Part shown: positions 34,190 through 42,660 of the stretch, one piece after another | How the letters are laid out: each line of letters opens with the position of its first letter | How positions within the stretch are numbered: position 1 is the stretch's first letter | Virus record (IMG/VR): IMGVR_UViG_3300045988_144737 | DNA: 64,000 nucleotides | Reading direction: 5' to 3' (one strand) | DNA from: a virus | Notes under the pieces: model-generated | The model's database searches: none | The model's input: the letters and a program-made list of their open reading frames with translations, nothing else | What the model was told of the DNA's origin: nothing | Position numbers and translations under genes: made by a program

Positions 34190-36630
34190 ATCTAATAAAA
34201 TACATATAATAATCTACAAGCTAAATATAAAGCCATAGAGAAACGTTTTAGGAATTTAGGTATTGTTATACCCTTTTAATAAAACAACGCCCTAATGGCT
34301 TGTATTTAGCTTATTTTAATATATCGATAATGTAAGTGTTTTTATAATCATAATTGTAATTACAAAGTGCTATATCAATATATTTGCTATATCAATATAT
34401 TAAGGTGTTAGATTATAAAGATTATTAGAATAAGCTATTTTAAAGCCTATACAAGCGCTTTTGTGTGTAATAGGTATTATTTATCCTATCATAGTAAAAC
34501 GATTGCCTATGGGCTTATATTTGCGTTCTAGGGCTATCATATGCTTTTATATCTATACTATGTGGAACAATGTTATTTGATTGTAATGATAATGATATAG
34601 TATTGATTATTGTTGAATGTAGTTTTTAAAACCATGTTTAATAGTTGGTATAATCAAATGAATGTTATTAAGTAATAATGTATATATGTAATAATGTTAT
34701 AACAATATAATGATAGGTAATAATGTAAGTTCATTGTCATATTGTTATAACATTATTAAGTTAGATATATATTATTATTGTATTGATATATCATGGTTAT
34801 ATAGTTATGTAGTAATGTTAATGTATGTAATATGATGTAGTATCATATACTATGTAATGTAATGATAATGAATATGTATTGTAATATAAATATGATAATT
34901 ATATTTTATTATTTAGATAAATATATTATTGTTTATATTTATATTAATATGATTTAGTGTGTGATGTCTATTGTAGAGCATTTAACGCTTGTATGAGCGT
35001 TGTTTGTGGTAGTTAGGTATAATTGGTATAGTTATATAGTTTATGCGTGTATGGTCTTGTATTGTGATTGTATGGTGTGTAGTAGGATATATGATTATAT
35101 TTATATATTGTTAAGGTGCTTAACTATGTTATATATGTATGCTATGGTGTATGGCTTATACATGGCTTGTGTGGTGTGTTTAATGGTATATGGTGTAAAT
35201 GTATTAGTTAATAGGTTTGGTGCTTAGATTGGCTTGTATTGTCCTTGTGGTGGTTGTTAGGGTAATATGGTTAGTGTGGTATAGGTAGTATGGGTAATGG
35301 TATAGGATAGTAAGCGGGTTGGTGATTGTGTGTGTTGTGTGTGTGTGGGTAAGTATTTTTTAAAAGGTATGCCATAGTCCAATCGTTAAGGTGCTTAAGT
35401 ATTGGGGTAATTTTAAAATGTATTATAATATTTAGAATTTAAAATTATATTTCTTTTTATTTAAAAAATACAATCTAATATGTATTAGGTTGTATAAAAT
35501 AGGGGGCATGGTACAAGTTAGCGTATATGGGGGCATATTTGAAAATATAATCGCTATTTTATTTGATAGGATGGTGCTTGTACTTATCACATACGCTTTA
35601 TATCAATTTCGTATGTTCGTAGTTCAATTCATTAACTATGGCTTAAAATTTAACGTATTCGTGAACGATATATAATTTATAATGTAATTTAGCCATATAT
35701 TCCGTTTATGATATATTATTCATATATAGTCGTTACCGTGTTATATGATAGTCGCATAAATTAATGTTCTTATACTACTATGTATATGCAATTGTTGATA
35801 AAATAGTACCTATGGCATTGTAATTTATGATATATGCGATAAATAAGTGTGATTTTAAAATAGATTGATTTTATGTATGATAATATGATTGAATTACTAT
35901 ATATAAACGTGCATAAAAGGCATAATGATAAAAATTGTAACCACATTGGGTGTATTAGGTGTATTAAATATTAAATTTATTAAATTAATTGATTTTATTA
36001 GTTGCTGTATATAACTATATAATATATATACACTGACTATCAAAAACTTATAAACTTATAAATTTTATAAAATTTAATCTATCAACTCATCACAAGTTAC
36101 AAAAAATAAATATAATACTCGAACGAATGTGAGAGCAAGTGAACAAAGTGAACGCCCAAGCAACGAAATTGAACGAAGTGAAATGAGTACATATATAAAG
36201 ACAAAACAACTAATACACATATAATACTTTATCAATTGCGAATTGCTTAATTAACAATGGATTAATTTATCTACCACATTTCACTATGCAAGAGATAATT
36301 ACTTAATCAATAATAACATATTGCAATAAGAAAACTTGTACGCTAAAGAAATATATATATTGATTAAGTATTTCCAATGCAACTAGCGCTTACGCCTACC
36401 GCACTTCGTTTGGTACAACATTTCATGTTGTAATTATATTTTTATTTAATATACATTTAATTAATAATAAATATAATATACCTAAGCAACGACGAAGTCA
36501 TTTCACGCTAGTGAAACAATCATAGTACAGCAAATTAAAATATTGAATAAATTTAATAATGGGTATTGAAATGATATTATGTATATGTTATTATTATCTT
36601 GTGAATAAGATATTTATGAAAGGAGATATA
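34190..36630. other. 2.4-kb ORF-free region: C-depleted GT-rich tract, (TG)n, dispersed ATGGCTT motifs, GTGAA iterons (candidate origin or ncRNA locus)
   Basis: No SD-preceded ORF; strand-asymmetric composition; repeats described in the findings. Confidence 0.6.
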
Positions 36631-36631
36631 T

Positions 36632-37150
36632 ATGAATAAGACATTACTAGATGTTGAAGTGCCTAAAACTTGTGGCGAGTGTATGTTTTATAGAAAGCAC
36701 AGAGATAGATGTATTGACCATGTATCATGTGTTTTGGGTTCTTATGATGATAGCAATACTAAATATGATGCAAACTATGATAATTCAAGACATTATAATT
36801 GTGCTATTGTAAAAGAACGAGCTATGCAACAATTAGTTGAATACAAAAGTAAAAGAAAACAAAGAGAATTATTAAAAGCCTTACAAGAATACTCATTGAG
36901 AGAATTTGGTGATATAACATATAAATCTATTGATGATATACCAAATGTTATTAATCTTGCTTATGATATAATGGGAGATGAAGAGCATGAGGTACAAATT
37001 GATTTTGACCTTAAAAGACTTCAATGGAAAGAATATATAGATTATGAACTAAAAAGAACAAAGCAATATACAAGTCTCGATGAATTTATTAATAAATTAA
37101 AAAGATGTGCTTATGAGGATATTGCTTATGAAGCTTTTTATGATTTATGA
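36632..37150 (+). CDS. hypothetical protein (172 aa, N-terminal Cys cluster)
   Basis: SD AAAGGAG upstream; CGEC...C..H..C cluster; no family recognised. Confidence 0.6.
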   Translation: MNKTLLDVEVPKTCGECMFYRKHRDRCIDHVSCVLGSYDDSNTKYDANYDNSRHYNCAIVKERAMQQLVEYKSKRKQRELLKALQEYSLREFGDITYKSIDDIPNVINLAYDIMGDEEHEVQIDFDLKRLQWKEYIDYELKRTKQYTSLDEFINKLKRCAYEDIAYEAFYDL

Positions 37151-37179
37151 TTGTATTACAAATAGAAAGGAGATAAAAA

Positions 37180-37617
37180 ATGTCAATGATTAGTAATATG
37201 TTTTTAAAAAAGAAACAAGATAAGAATAATGCAATTAAATCAAACTTAATAGAATTGGAAACAGGACATAAGTGTACAAACGAAGTATATGATATAGTTG
37301 AAAGAACATTAAAGTCAATGCGAGAGGATAATTCATCATTATCAACGTGTTACAATGTTTCAAAAAAGGAAAATACTAATTATCAAAATAATGATTTTGC
37401 AAATGGTGAAGTTGTAATCACCTTAGGCAAAGAAACAAAACAAAGAACAATAACAAATAATGCAAATTACAATTTCCTTAAACAAACGCAAGAAAAAGAT
37501 ATATGGATAGCATATTTAAAAGGGCACGAGGAAATATGGGGATGTGGAAAAACAAGAATGGATGCAATTCAAGATTTGGAGAAATCAATAGCATATGAAA
37601 AAACTACTAGAAATTAA
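37180..37617 (+). CDS. hypothetical protein (145 aa; C-terminal HicB/UPF0150-like segment?)
   Basis: SD AAAGGAG upstream. WIAYLKGHEEIWGCGKTRMDAIQDLEKSI resembles the ...PG..G.G.T.EEA..N..EAI pattern; weak. Confidence 0.5.
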   Translation: MSMISNMFLKKKQDKNNAIKSNLIELETGHKCTNEVYDIVERTLKSMREDNSSLSTCYNVSKKENTNYQNNDFANGEVVITLGKETKQRTITNNANYNFLKQTQEKDIWIAYLKGHEEIWGCGKTRMDAIQDLEKSIAYEKTTRN

Positions 37618-37673
37618 GAGATATGTAAAATGTTTTTCAATAGAATATTCATGCCCCCCATTGTGGAAATGTT

Positions 37674-37877
37674 ATGAGCAAACCATTTGTAGTCAAACAT
37701 TTAGATTACGAGGAAATTAAAGATTTGTTAGAAAAATATAAATCAAATAATAATATATCCCACAATTATTTATTGGAGTATGGTTTGTATGTGGCAAAAT
37801 GTGAGCATTGTCATGAAATTTGTATAATTAATATAAAAAATAAAAGAAAGAAGAGGAATATAAAAAATGGAAAATAA
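37674..37877 (+). CDS. hypothetical protein (67 aa)
   Basis: ORF in the string; basic C-terminus. Confidence 0.45.
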   Translation: MSKPFVVKHLDYEEIKDLLEKYKSNNNISHNYLLEYGLYVAKCEHCHEICIINIKNKRKKRNIKNGK

Positions 37878-38316
37878 TAATTTAAAATTTGAAGAAGTTA
37901 AGGTTGGTCATAGTTATTTGTTAGTATTAAAAAACGGTCATAGCGTTACGCTAAATAATGTTGCTATGGTTGAATATAATGATACTTATTATTTTTATGA
38001 GGCATATGATAAGGGATTACTAGTTGATATGTTGGATGATGTTGTTTTGCAAGATAAAGTTGAATTAGATGCTGATGATGTCAAAGACTTGGTTTGTCAT
38101 GAAAACATTAATATTGTTGACATTGATGAGGAACACGCAATTGGTGTTAATGATTGTCTTCATGATAAATTTCACAATCATAATTTAGAGAATTATTTTC
38201 ATATTGAAGATTTTGATACTTTGATTGGAGTGTTTAACAAAAGCGAAGTTTGTTATGTATTGGATATTACCAATGAGCAAAACGACAATGAAGATTATCC
38301 TTCATTAGTGTCATAA
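37867..38316 (+). CDS. acidic hypothetical protein (149 aa)
   Basis: SD AAGAGGAA upstream; D/E-rich. Confidence 0.55.
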   Translation: MENNNLKFEEVKVGHSYLLVLKNGHSVTLNNVAMVEYNDTYYFYEAYDKGLLVDMLDDVVLQDKVELDADDVKDLVCHENINIVDIDEEHAIGVNDCLHDKFHNHNLENYFHIEDFDTLIGVFNKSEVCYVLDITNEQNDNEDYPSLVS

Positions 38317-38328
38317 GGGGTGTTATTT

Positions 38329-38478
38329 ATGAAGAATGATTTAAGACTATTATTAATATATATATTATTTGTGTTGGGGTATTTTATTATGACATACCCC
38401 GATGCTTTTATAACAATGTTAATAGTTGTGTGTTTTGTTTTTATCATACTTAGTAATGACAATAATAAATTAAGGTAG
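38329..38478 (+). CDS. 49-aa membrane peptide (below ORF-track cutoff)
   Basis: GGGGTG precedes the ATG at 38329; two hydrophobic segments (LLLIYILFVLGYFI, ITMLIVVCFVFIIL). Confidence 0.5.
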   Translation: MKNDLRLLLIYILFVLGYFIMTYPDAFITMLIVVCFVFIILSNDNNKLR

Positions 38479-38491
38479 TGTATAGGGGGAT

Positions 38492-39826
38492 ATGATGAAT
38501 TTAGATAAGTTAAGCAATGGTCAAGTTGTTAAAAACTATAAAACAATGTGCGAAATATTAGAAGAGCCTTACATGGGTGGTAAAAGTAGGGTTATACAAT
38601 TAGATAAATGGAGATTGTATTTTGATTATGGTAAAGACGGTGTAAAGTTTATAATCAATGATATTTATACACAAGAAAAAACAAATAAATTAAAACAAGC
38701 ATTAGATGATGTAAAAAGAAATAAAATAGAAAATAGAAAAAAAGAAACTCAAAGAAAAAAAGATTTAGAGAAAAAAGAGAAGGAACAAAAAAGAGAAGAG
38801 AAAAGAAAAGAAAGAGAGCGATTGGAGAGGGAAAAGTCAAAAAAGAAAAAATTGAGAGAACAAAAGAAATTAGAGAGAGAAAAATTAAAGAAAGAAAAAG
38901 AAGAACGAAGGAAGCTAAGAGAACAAAAGAAATTAGAAAGAGAAGAAAAACAAAGAGAAAAAGAAATAAAAAGAAAAGATAGAGAGCGATTGAATAAAGA
39001 AAAAGAAGAAAGAAGAAAATTAAGAGAAGAAAAAAAATTAGAAAAAGAAGAAAAGAAAAAATTAAGCAAAGAAAGAAGAGAAAACGGTCTTAGCAACTTG
39101 TTATACAACAATATATGTTGTGTCTTGAATAAATACAAAGAAGATAAAATTGTATTAACAAAAAGTAAACTATTAAAAGATGTTGGTATGATTAACGATA
39201 AGTTTGGAATGAAGTTAAGCGATAAGGAATTGGAAAAGATTAATTCAAATCAATTTAACTATAATGAATTTAATAAAATTGTATTAAGTAGAATATCATC
39301 AACCCTTGATTATGTGTTTAAAAAAATGTCTAATGATTGTTTAATAAAAAGAGATACTTATTTATTAAGATATGATAATCACGAATTTTATGATTTATCA
39401 ACGTTTAGAGAAGTTGATATGAATGAAGAATATATTATTAAAGATATTTATAATCAAGTCTTAGCAGAGTTTGAATTAGGAAAAGAAGCAGACCTTATGT
39501 ATAAATCTAATAGCGTTAAAGAAAGTTTTTACGCTAAGGTCAGCGAAGAAATAAATAATAGATTTGATTGTAACGGACATTGCAAAGCGTATGATATTCA
39601 AATTTTAAATAGGGATAAGTTAAAAAATAAAACATTAGATAAAAGAAGATTAAATAATACATTTGTTACAATATTAAAAGATACTATCAAAAACAAATAT
39701 ACCAGAACTAATAATAAGGGCATGATTATGTTATCTGAAAATAATGACAAGGCTTTTATGTATGATAATTACTTTTTATCTAATCAATATGATTTATTAA
39801 ATAAATTTATAAGATTAAACAACTAA
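38492..39826 (+). CDS. hypothetical protein with central about 115-aa K/E/R-rich charged helix (444 aa)
   Basis: SD AGGGGGA upstream. The central segment KKEKEQKREEKRKERERLEREK...KLREEKKLEKEEKKK is encoded by a polypurine tract. Confidence 0.65.
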   Translation: MMNLDKLSNGQVVKNYKTMCEILEEPYMGGKSRVIQLDKWRLYFDYGKDGVKFIINDIYTQEKTNKLKQALDDVKRNKIENRKKETQRKKDLEKKEKEQKREEKRKERERLEREKSKKKKLREQKKLEREKLKKEKEERRKLREQKKLEREEKQREKEIKRKDRERLNKEKEERRKLREEKKLEKEEKKKLSKERRENGLSNLLYNNICCVLNKYKEDKIVLTKSKLLKDVGMINDKFGMKLSDKELEKINSNQFNYNEFNKIVLSRISSTLDYVFKKMSNDCLIKRDTYLLRYDNHEFYDLSTFREVDMNEEYIIKDIYNQVLAEFELGKEADLMYKSNSVKESFYAKVSEEINNRFDCNGHCKAYDIQILNRDKLKNKTLDKRRLNNTFVTILKDTIKNKYTRTNNKGMIMLSENNDKAFMYDNYFLSNQYDLLNKFIRLNN

Positions 39827-39845
39827 AAGAAATAACAAAAAAGTA

Positions 39846-39874
39846 TTTACAAAGGCGATGGTGTATGATATACT
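39846..39874 (+). promoter_or_regulatory. extended -10 promoter TTTACA-17-(TGA)TATACT
   Basis: TTTACA 39846-39851, TG at 39866-39867 and TATACT 39869-39874. Confidence 0.6.
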
Positions 39875-39921
39875 ATAATAGTAAAGTAAATCACATGAAT
39901 TATAGGAGGAAATAAAGTAAA

Positions 39922-40101
39922 ATGGAAAATAAAATTATTTATGATGATTGTTATGGTGATGAAGAGGGAGGAACAGAATGGTCAGAGATGTCTTATAACA
40001 GATATAAGCCGAAAAGTATCAAAGATGAATTAATTGTTGATGAATATGATTTTTGGTATCGCAAACAAATAGAAGATTTTCGTGATGATTATAATTTCTA
40101 A
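39922..40101 (+). CDS. 59-aa acidic protein (below ORF-track cutoff)
   Basis: TAGGAGGAAATAAAGTAAA precedes the ATG at 39922; translates MENKIIYDDCYGDEEGGTEWSEMSYNRYKPKSIKDELIVDEYDFWYRKQIEDFRDDYNF. Confidence 0.55.
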   Translation: MENKIIYDDCYGDEEGGTEWSEMSYNRYKPKSIKDELIVDEYDFWYRKQIEDFRDDYNF

Positions 40102-40191
40102 AATAAATTGAAATAAAAAGAAAATAAAAGAAATTATAGGAAATTAAGAAAAATTTTAAGAAAATAAAATAGGAAGTTGTGGTGATTATTA

Positions 40192-41747
40192 ATGAAATCT
40201 CCAAAGTTGTATAAAGTTTTAAATTTTAATTTAAAGGAAATTATTGAAGAAAACTTTATGATAGTTGGCGATAATCAATATATCAAAAGTCATTTAAAGT
40301 ATACCAGTGATAATCAAGAGTTTAGACAAATTAGATTAATTACGAATACAAATAATAAAATGAATAAATATATTGCTTTTGTTGAATTTGATGGAGGAAC
40401 AAAGGAAGAGGATTTAAAATCAATAGTTAGAAACGGTTTTAGATTTAATGACCAAGAATTTGTATTAAGTGAACGCAGTGGTTCTATGAGCAGAACTGGG
40501 AAGTTAAGTTTTGTTGATAAAACTATCGCACAAGAATTAGATAAAAGAATATCTATGGATAATAGGATTGACAAAACAGTAGTAAGCAAATTATCAGCAT
40601 ACAGAGGGTTGATGTTAACTGGGTGTCATATGTTAGAAAATTATATGCCTAAGATAATTATTACCAAAGGATTAAATAGAACTATAAAAAATGTAAAAAT
40701 TAAATGTTTGCATGATAAACAAGATACATTCAAAAATGAAGATGGAGAAATTATCGAATATACTAAAAAAGTAATAGAGGAAGAAACTAGAGATATTGAA
40801 ATAGATTGTTTTGATGGAATGGGTATAGTTCATCCTTTAGTTGTTGAAGAAATGACTAAAGAGTTAGATTTGCCAAAGGATATTAATACTATGATTGTTA
40901 GAGCGTGCTATATGAAGGGTTGTATTCATAAGGTTGATTATACAAAGTTTTTTGTTGACCATGGTGTTGAATGGATAGAAGATATTTGGGGTGTTAAACA
41001 TAGCGTTTATGAACCTATGATTATTATGGATAAGTCTATGTATAAAGGTTTTAATTATTTCAAATATTACAACGATTATAGAGATTGGGAATATTATTTA
41101 TCTAAGTTAGAAGAGTATGACCATGTATTTGGCATTGCTAAATACAATTTTAATGAAAAAGATGAGAAAATTTATACAAAGGCAAATTATCAAATATTAC
41201 AAGATTTAAACATCCCATTTTCAGATTTTGAGAAGTTGGGAGATAAAACTTTGGATTATTTTCAAAAAGTCATAGATGGCAAAGAGGAATATGTAAAAAC
41301 ATTCTTAGGAATTTGTGGAGATAAGTATAAACTTAGTAGTAATTATATTAAAGCCATTGCTAAAAATCCAGAGATGCTTAAGCAAGAGGGTGTAGTAAAT
41401 CATGTTATAAATTTATTAAAAGGAAATATAAACGATGCTAAATGTGGAAAGTTATATTTAAGAGGTTGTTTTAAGTTTGCAGTTCCTGATTTGATTTTGT
41501 TTATGGAGCATATTGGTGGACTAGAGCCAAATGGTTGTTTAGGATTTCAAGAGTTTTGGACTAGAGGTAGATGTGGTTACGAAGTTGGAAAAGAATATCT
41601 CATTACACGAAATCCACATATTTGCAGCTCAGAACACGATGTAGTTACATATGTAAGAAATGAACTAATCGAAAAGTATTTAGGGCATTTGCAAAATGTT
41701 TGTATGGTGGACTGTAATAGCCCACACATGGCGAGATTAAATGGGAT
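40192..41747 (+). CDS. RdRP-fold (YonO/QDE-1-like) single-subunit RNA polymerase, exon 1
   Basis: Ordered motifs: SKLSAYRGLML, FDGMGIV, VRACYMKGCIHKVD, DKSMYKGF, ANYQILQDL, ITRNPHICSSEHD, SPHMARLNG. The tracked ORF runs 11 codons further into the intron. Confidence 0.8.
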
Positions 41748-42660
41748 AGGACAATCTGTCCCACTATATAGAAATATATAGTTAAAAACACAGTGAACCT
41801 AGAAATCTAGGGTGTATGATTTACGATAAGGAATAGTAGGAAATGACTATTAGAAATCATGCTAACAGGGGAAGCATTAATTGTAATCCTGTGTTGTATT
41901 AAATTATAATCTATATTATATTAATTTAAAGGAGGTGTTGATATGTCATTTGAAATAAAAATTAACAATGAGAAGGAATGGAAAGAAGTCAATATTAATG
42001 GATTATCATATGTTATAAGTAATTATGGTGATGTTGTTACCTTATCAAATCGCTCTCATAAAATCGTTCCACATTTGAATAAGGACGGTTATCCAATAGT
42101 AACAGTTGGAAAAAATCCTAGAGTTGGAAAACCAGTTCATTTATTGGTTGCCATGTTATTTGTAGATGGATATAAAGATGGATATGAGGTAAATCACAAA
42201 GATTTTGATAGAACTAATTACCATTATTCTAACTTAGAGTGGGTAAGCCATAAAGATAATATTAATTACTCTTATAAAAATGGTAGACACACTAAAAGAA
42301 TAAATAGTTTGTATGGAAATAATAGAAAATTAAAAAAAGAGGCTTTCTTAGATATATTAAATAAACTAGAAAATGGTATGCCTTGTTGTGATATAGCAAT
42401 ATATTATGGCGTATCTGTTGACGTTGTTTATAACATAAAAAGCGGAAAGACTTATAAAGAATATAGATAATATAGATATAGTTTAATGTAATCAACAGAC
42501 TAGCGAAAGAGTATTGTATGTTCCTATGGGAATATACAAGAGTAATTGAGTAGGGTACATTTGGAGTGAAACTCTCTATTTGGAAGCGCTGTGAGCCTAA
42601 GTCAGTAATGATATGGCTATGATATAGTCGGATATAAATACAATATATGTGTTTATATAG
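41748..42660 (+). mobile_element. group I intron with HNH homing endonuclease (boundaries +/- 3 nt)
   Basis: A 23-nt block GTGAACCTAGAAATCTAGGGTGT (41793-41815) is identical to the nrdD intron. Shared 3' blocks are GTGAAACTC..TTTGGAAGCGC and a GATATAGTC P7-like block. U precedes the 5' splice site and G ends the intron. Confidence 0.75.
41943..42470 (+). CDS. intron-encoded HNH homing endonuclease (NUMOD4 + HNH_3, I-HmuI-like)
   Basis: WKEV...YVISNYGDV (NUMOD4-like); GYPIVTV...HLLVAMLF...VNHKDFDRTNYHYSNLEWVSHKDN (HNH); C-terminal HTH-like segment; SD AAAGGAGG upstream. Confidence 0.85.
   Translation: MSFEIKINNEKEWKEVNINGLSYVISNYGDVVTLSNRSHKIVPHLNKDGYPIVTVGKNPRVGKPVHLLVAMLFVDGYKDGYEVNHKDFDRTNYHYSNLEWVSHKDNINYSYKNGRHTKRINSLYGNNRKLKKEAFLDILNKLENGMPCCDIAIYYGVSVDVVYNIKSGKTYKEYR

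Noticed and set aside
35000-35227. 75-aa ORF (MFVVVRYNWYSYIVYACMVLYCDC...) in the GT-rich tract
   Set aside because: Non-ATG start, no SD, and an amino-acid composition (V/C/Y/M/L/G) that is simply the translation of C-less GT-rich DNA. Any frame stays open there because stop codons are depleted.
35490-35675. 61-aa ORF in the non-coding region
   Set aside because: TTG start without an SD. It is isolated, with no operon context, and its length is at the noise threshold for AT-rich DNA. A tiny membrane peptide cannot be excluded, but the evidence is insufficient.
34190-36630. tRNA, tmRNA or rRNA genes in the large non-coding regions (also 27953-28990 and 47341-47619)
   Set aside because: I found no GGTTCGAAT-type T-loop with a matching acceptor stem, nor any cloverleaf candidates, by eye. 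tRNAscan-type software should confirm.
38655-39138. Minus-strand ORFs 38655-38840 and 38749-39138 (F/L/S-rich)
   Set aside because: They are the complement of the polypurine K/E/R-coding tract. A polypyrimidine strand lacks stop codons by composition, and there is no SD.
40019-40589. Minus-strand ORFs 40019-40204 and 40314-40589
   Set aside because: They are opposite the acidic 59-aa ORF and promoter region, and RNAP exon 1. They have shadow-frame composition.
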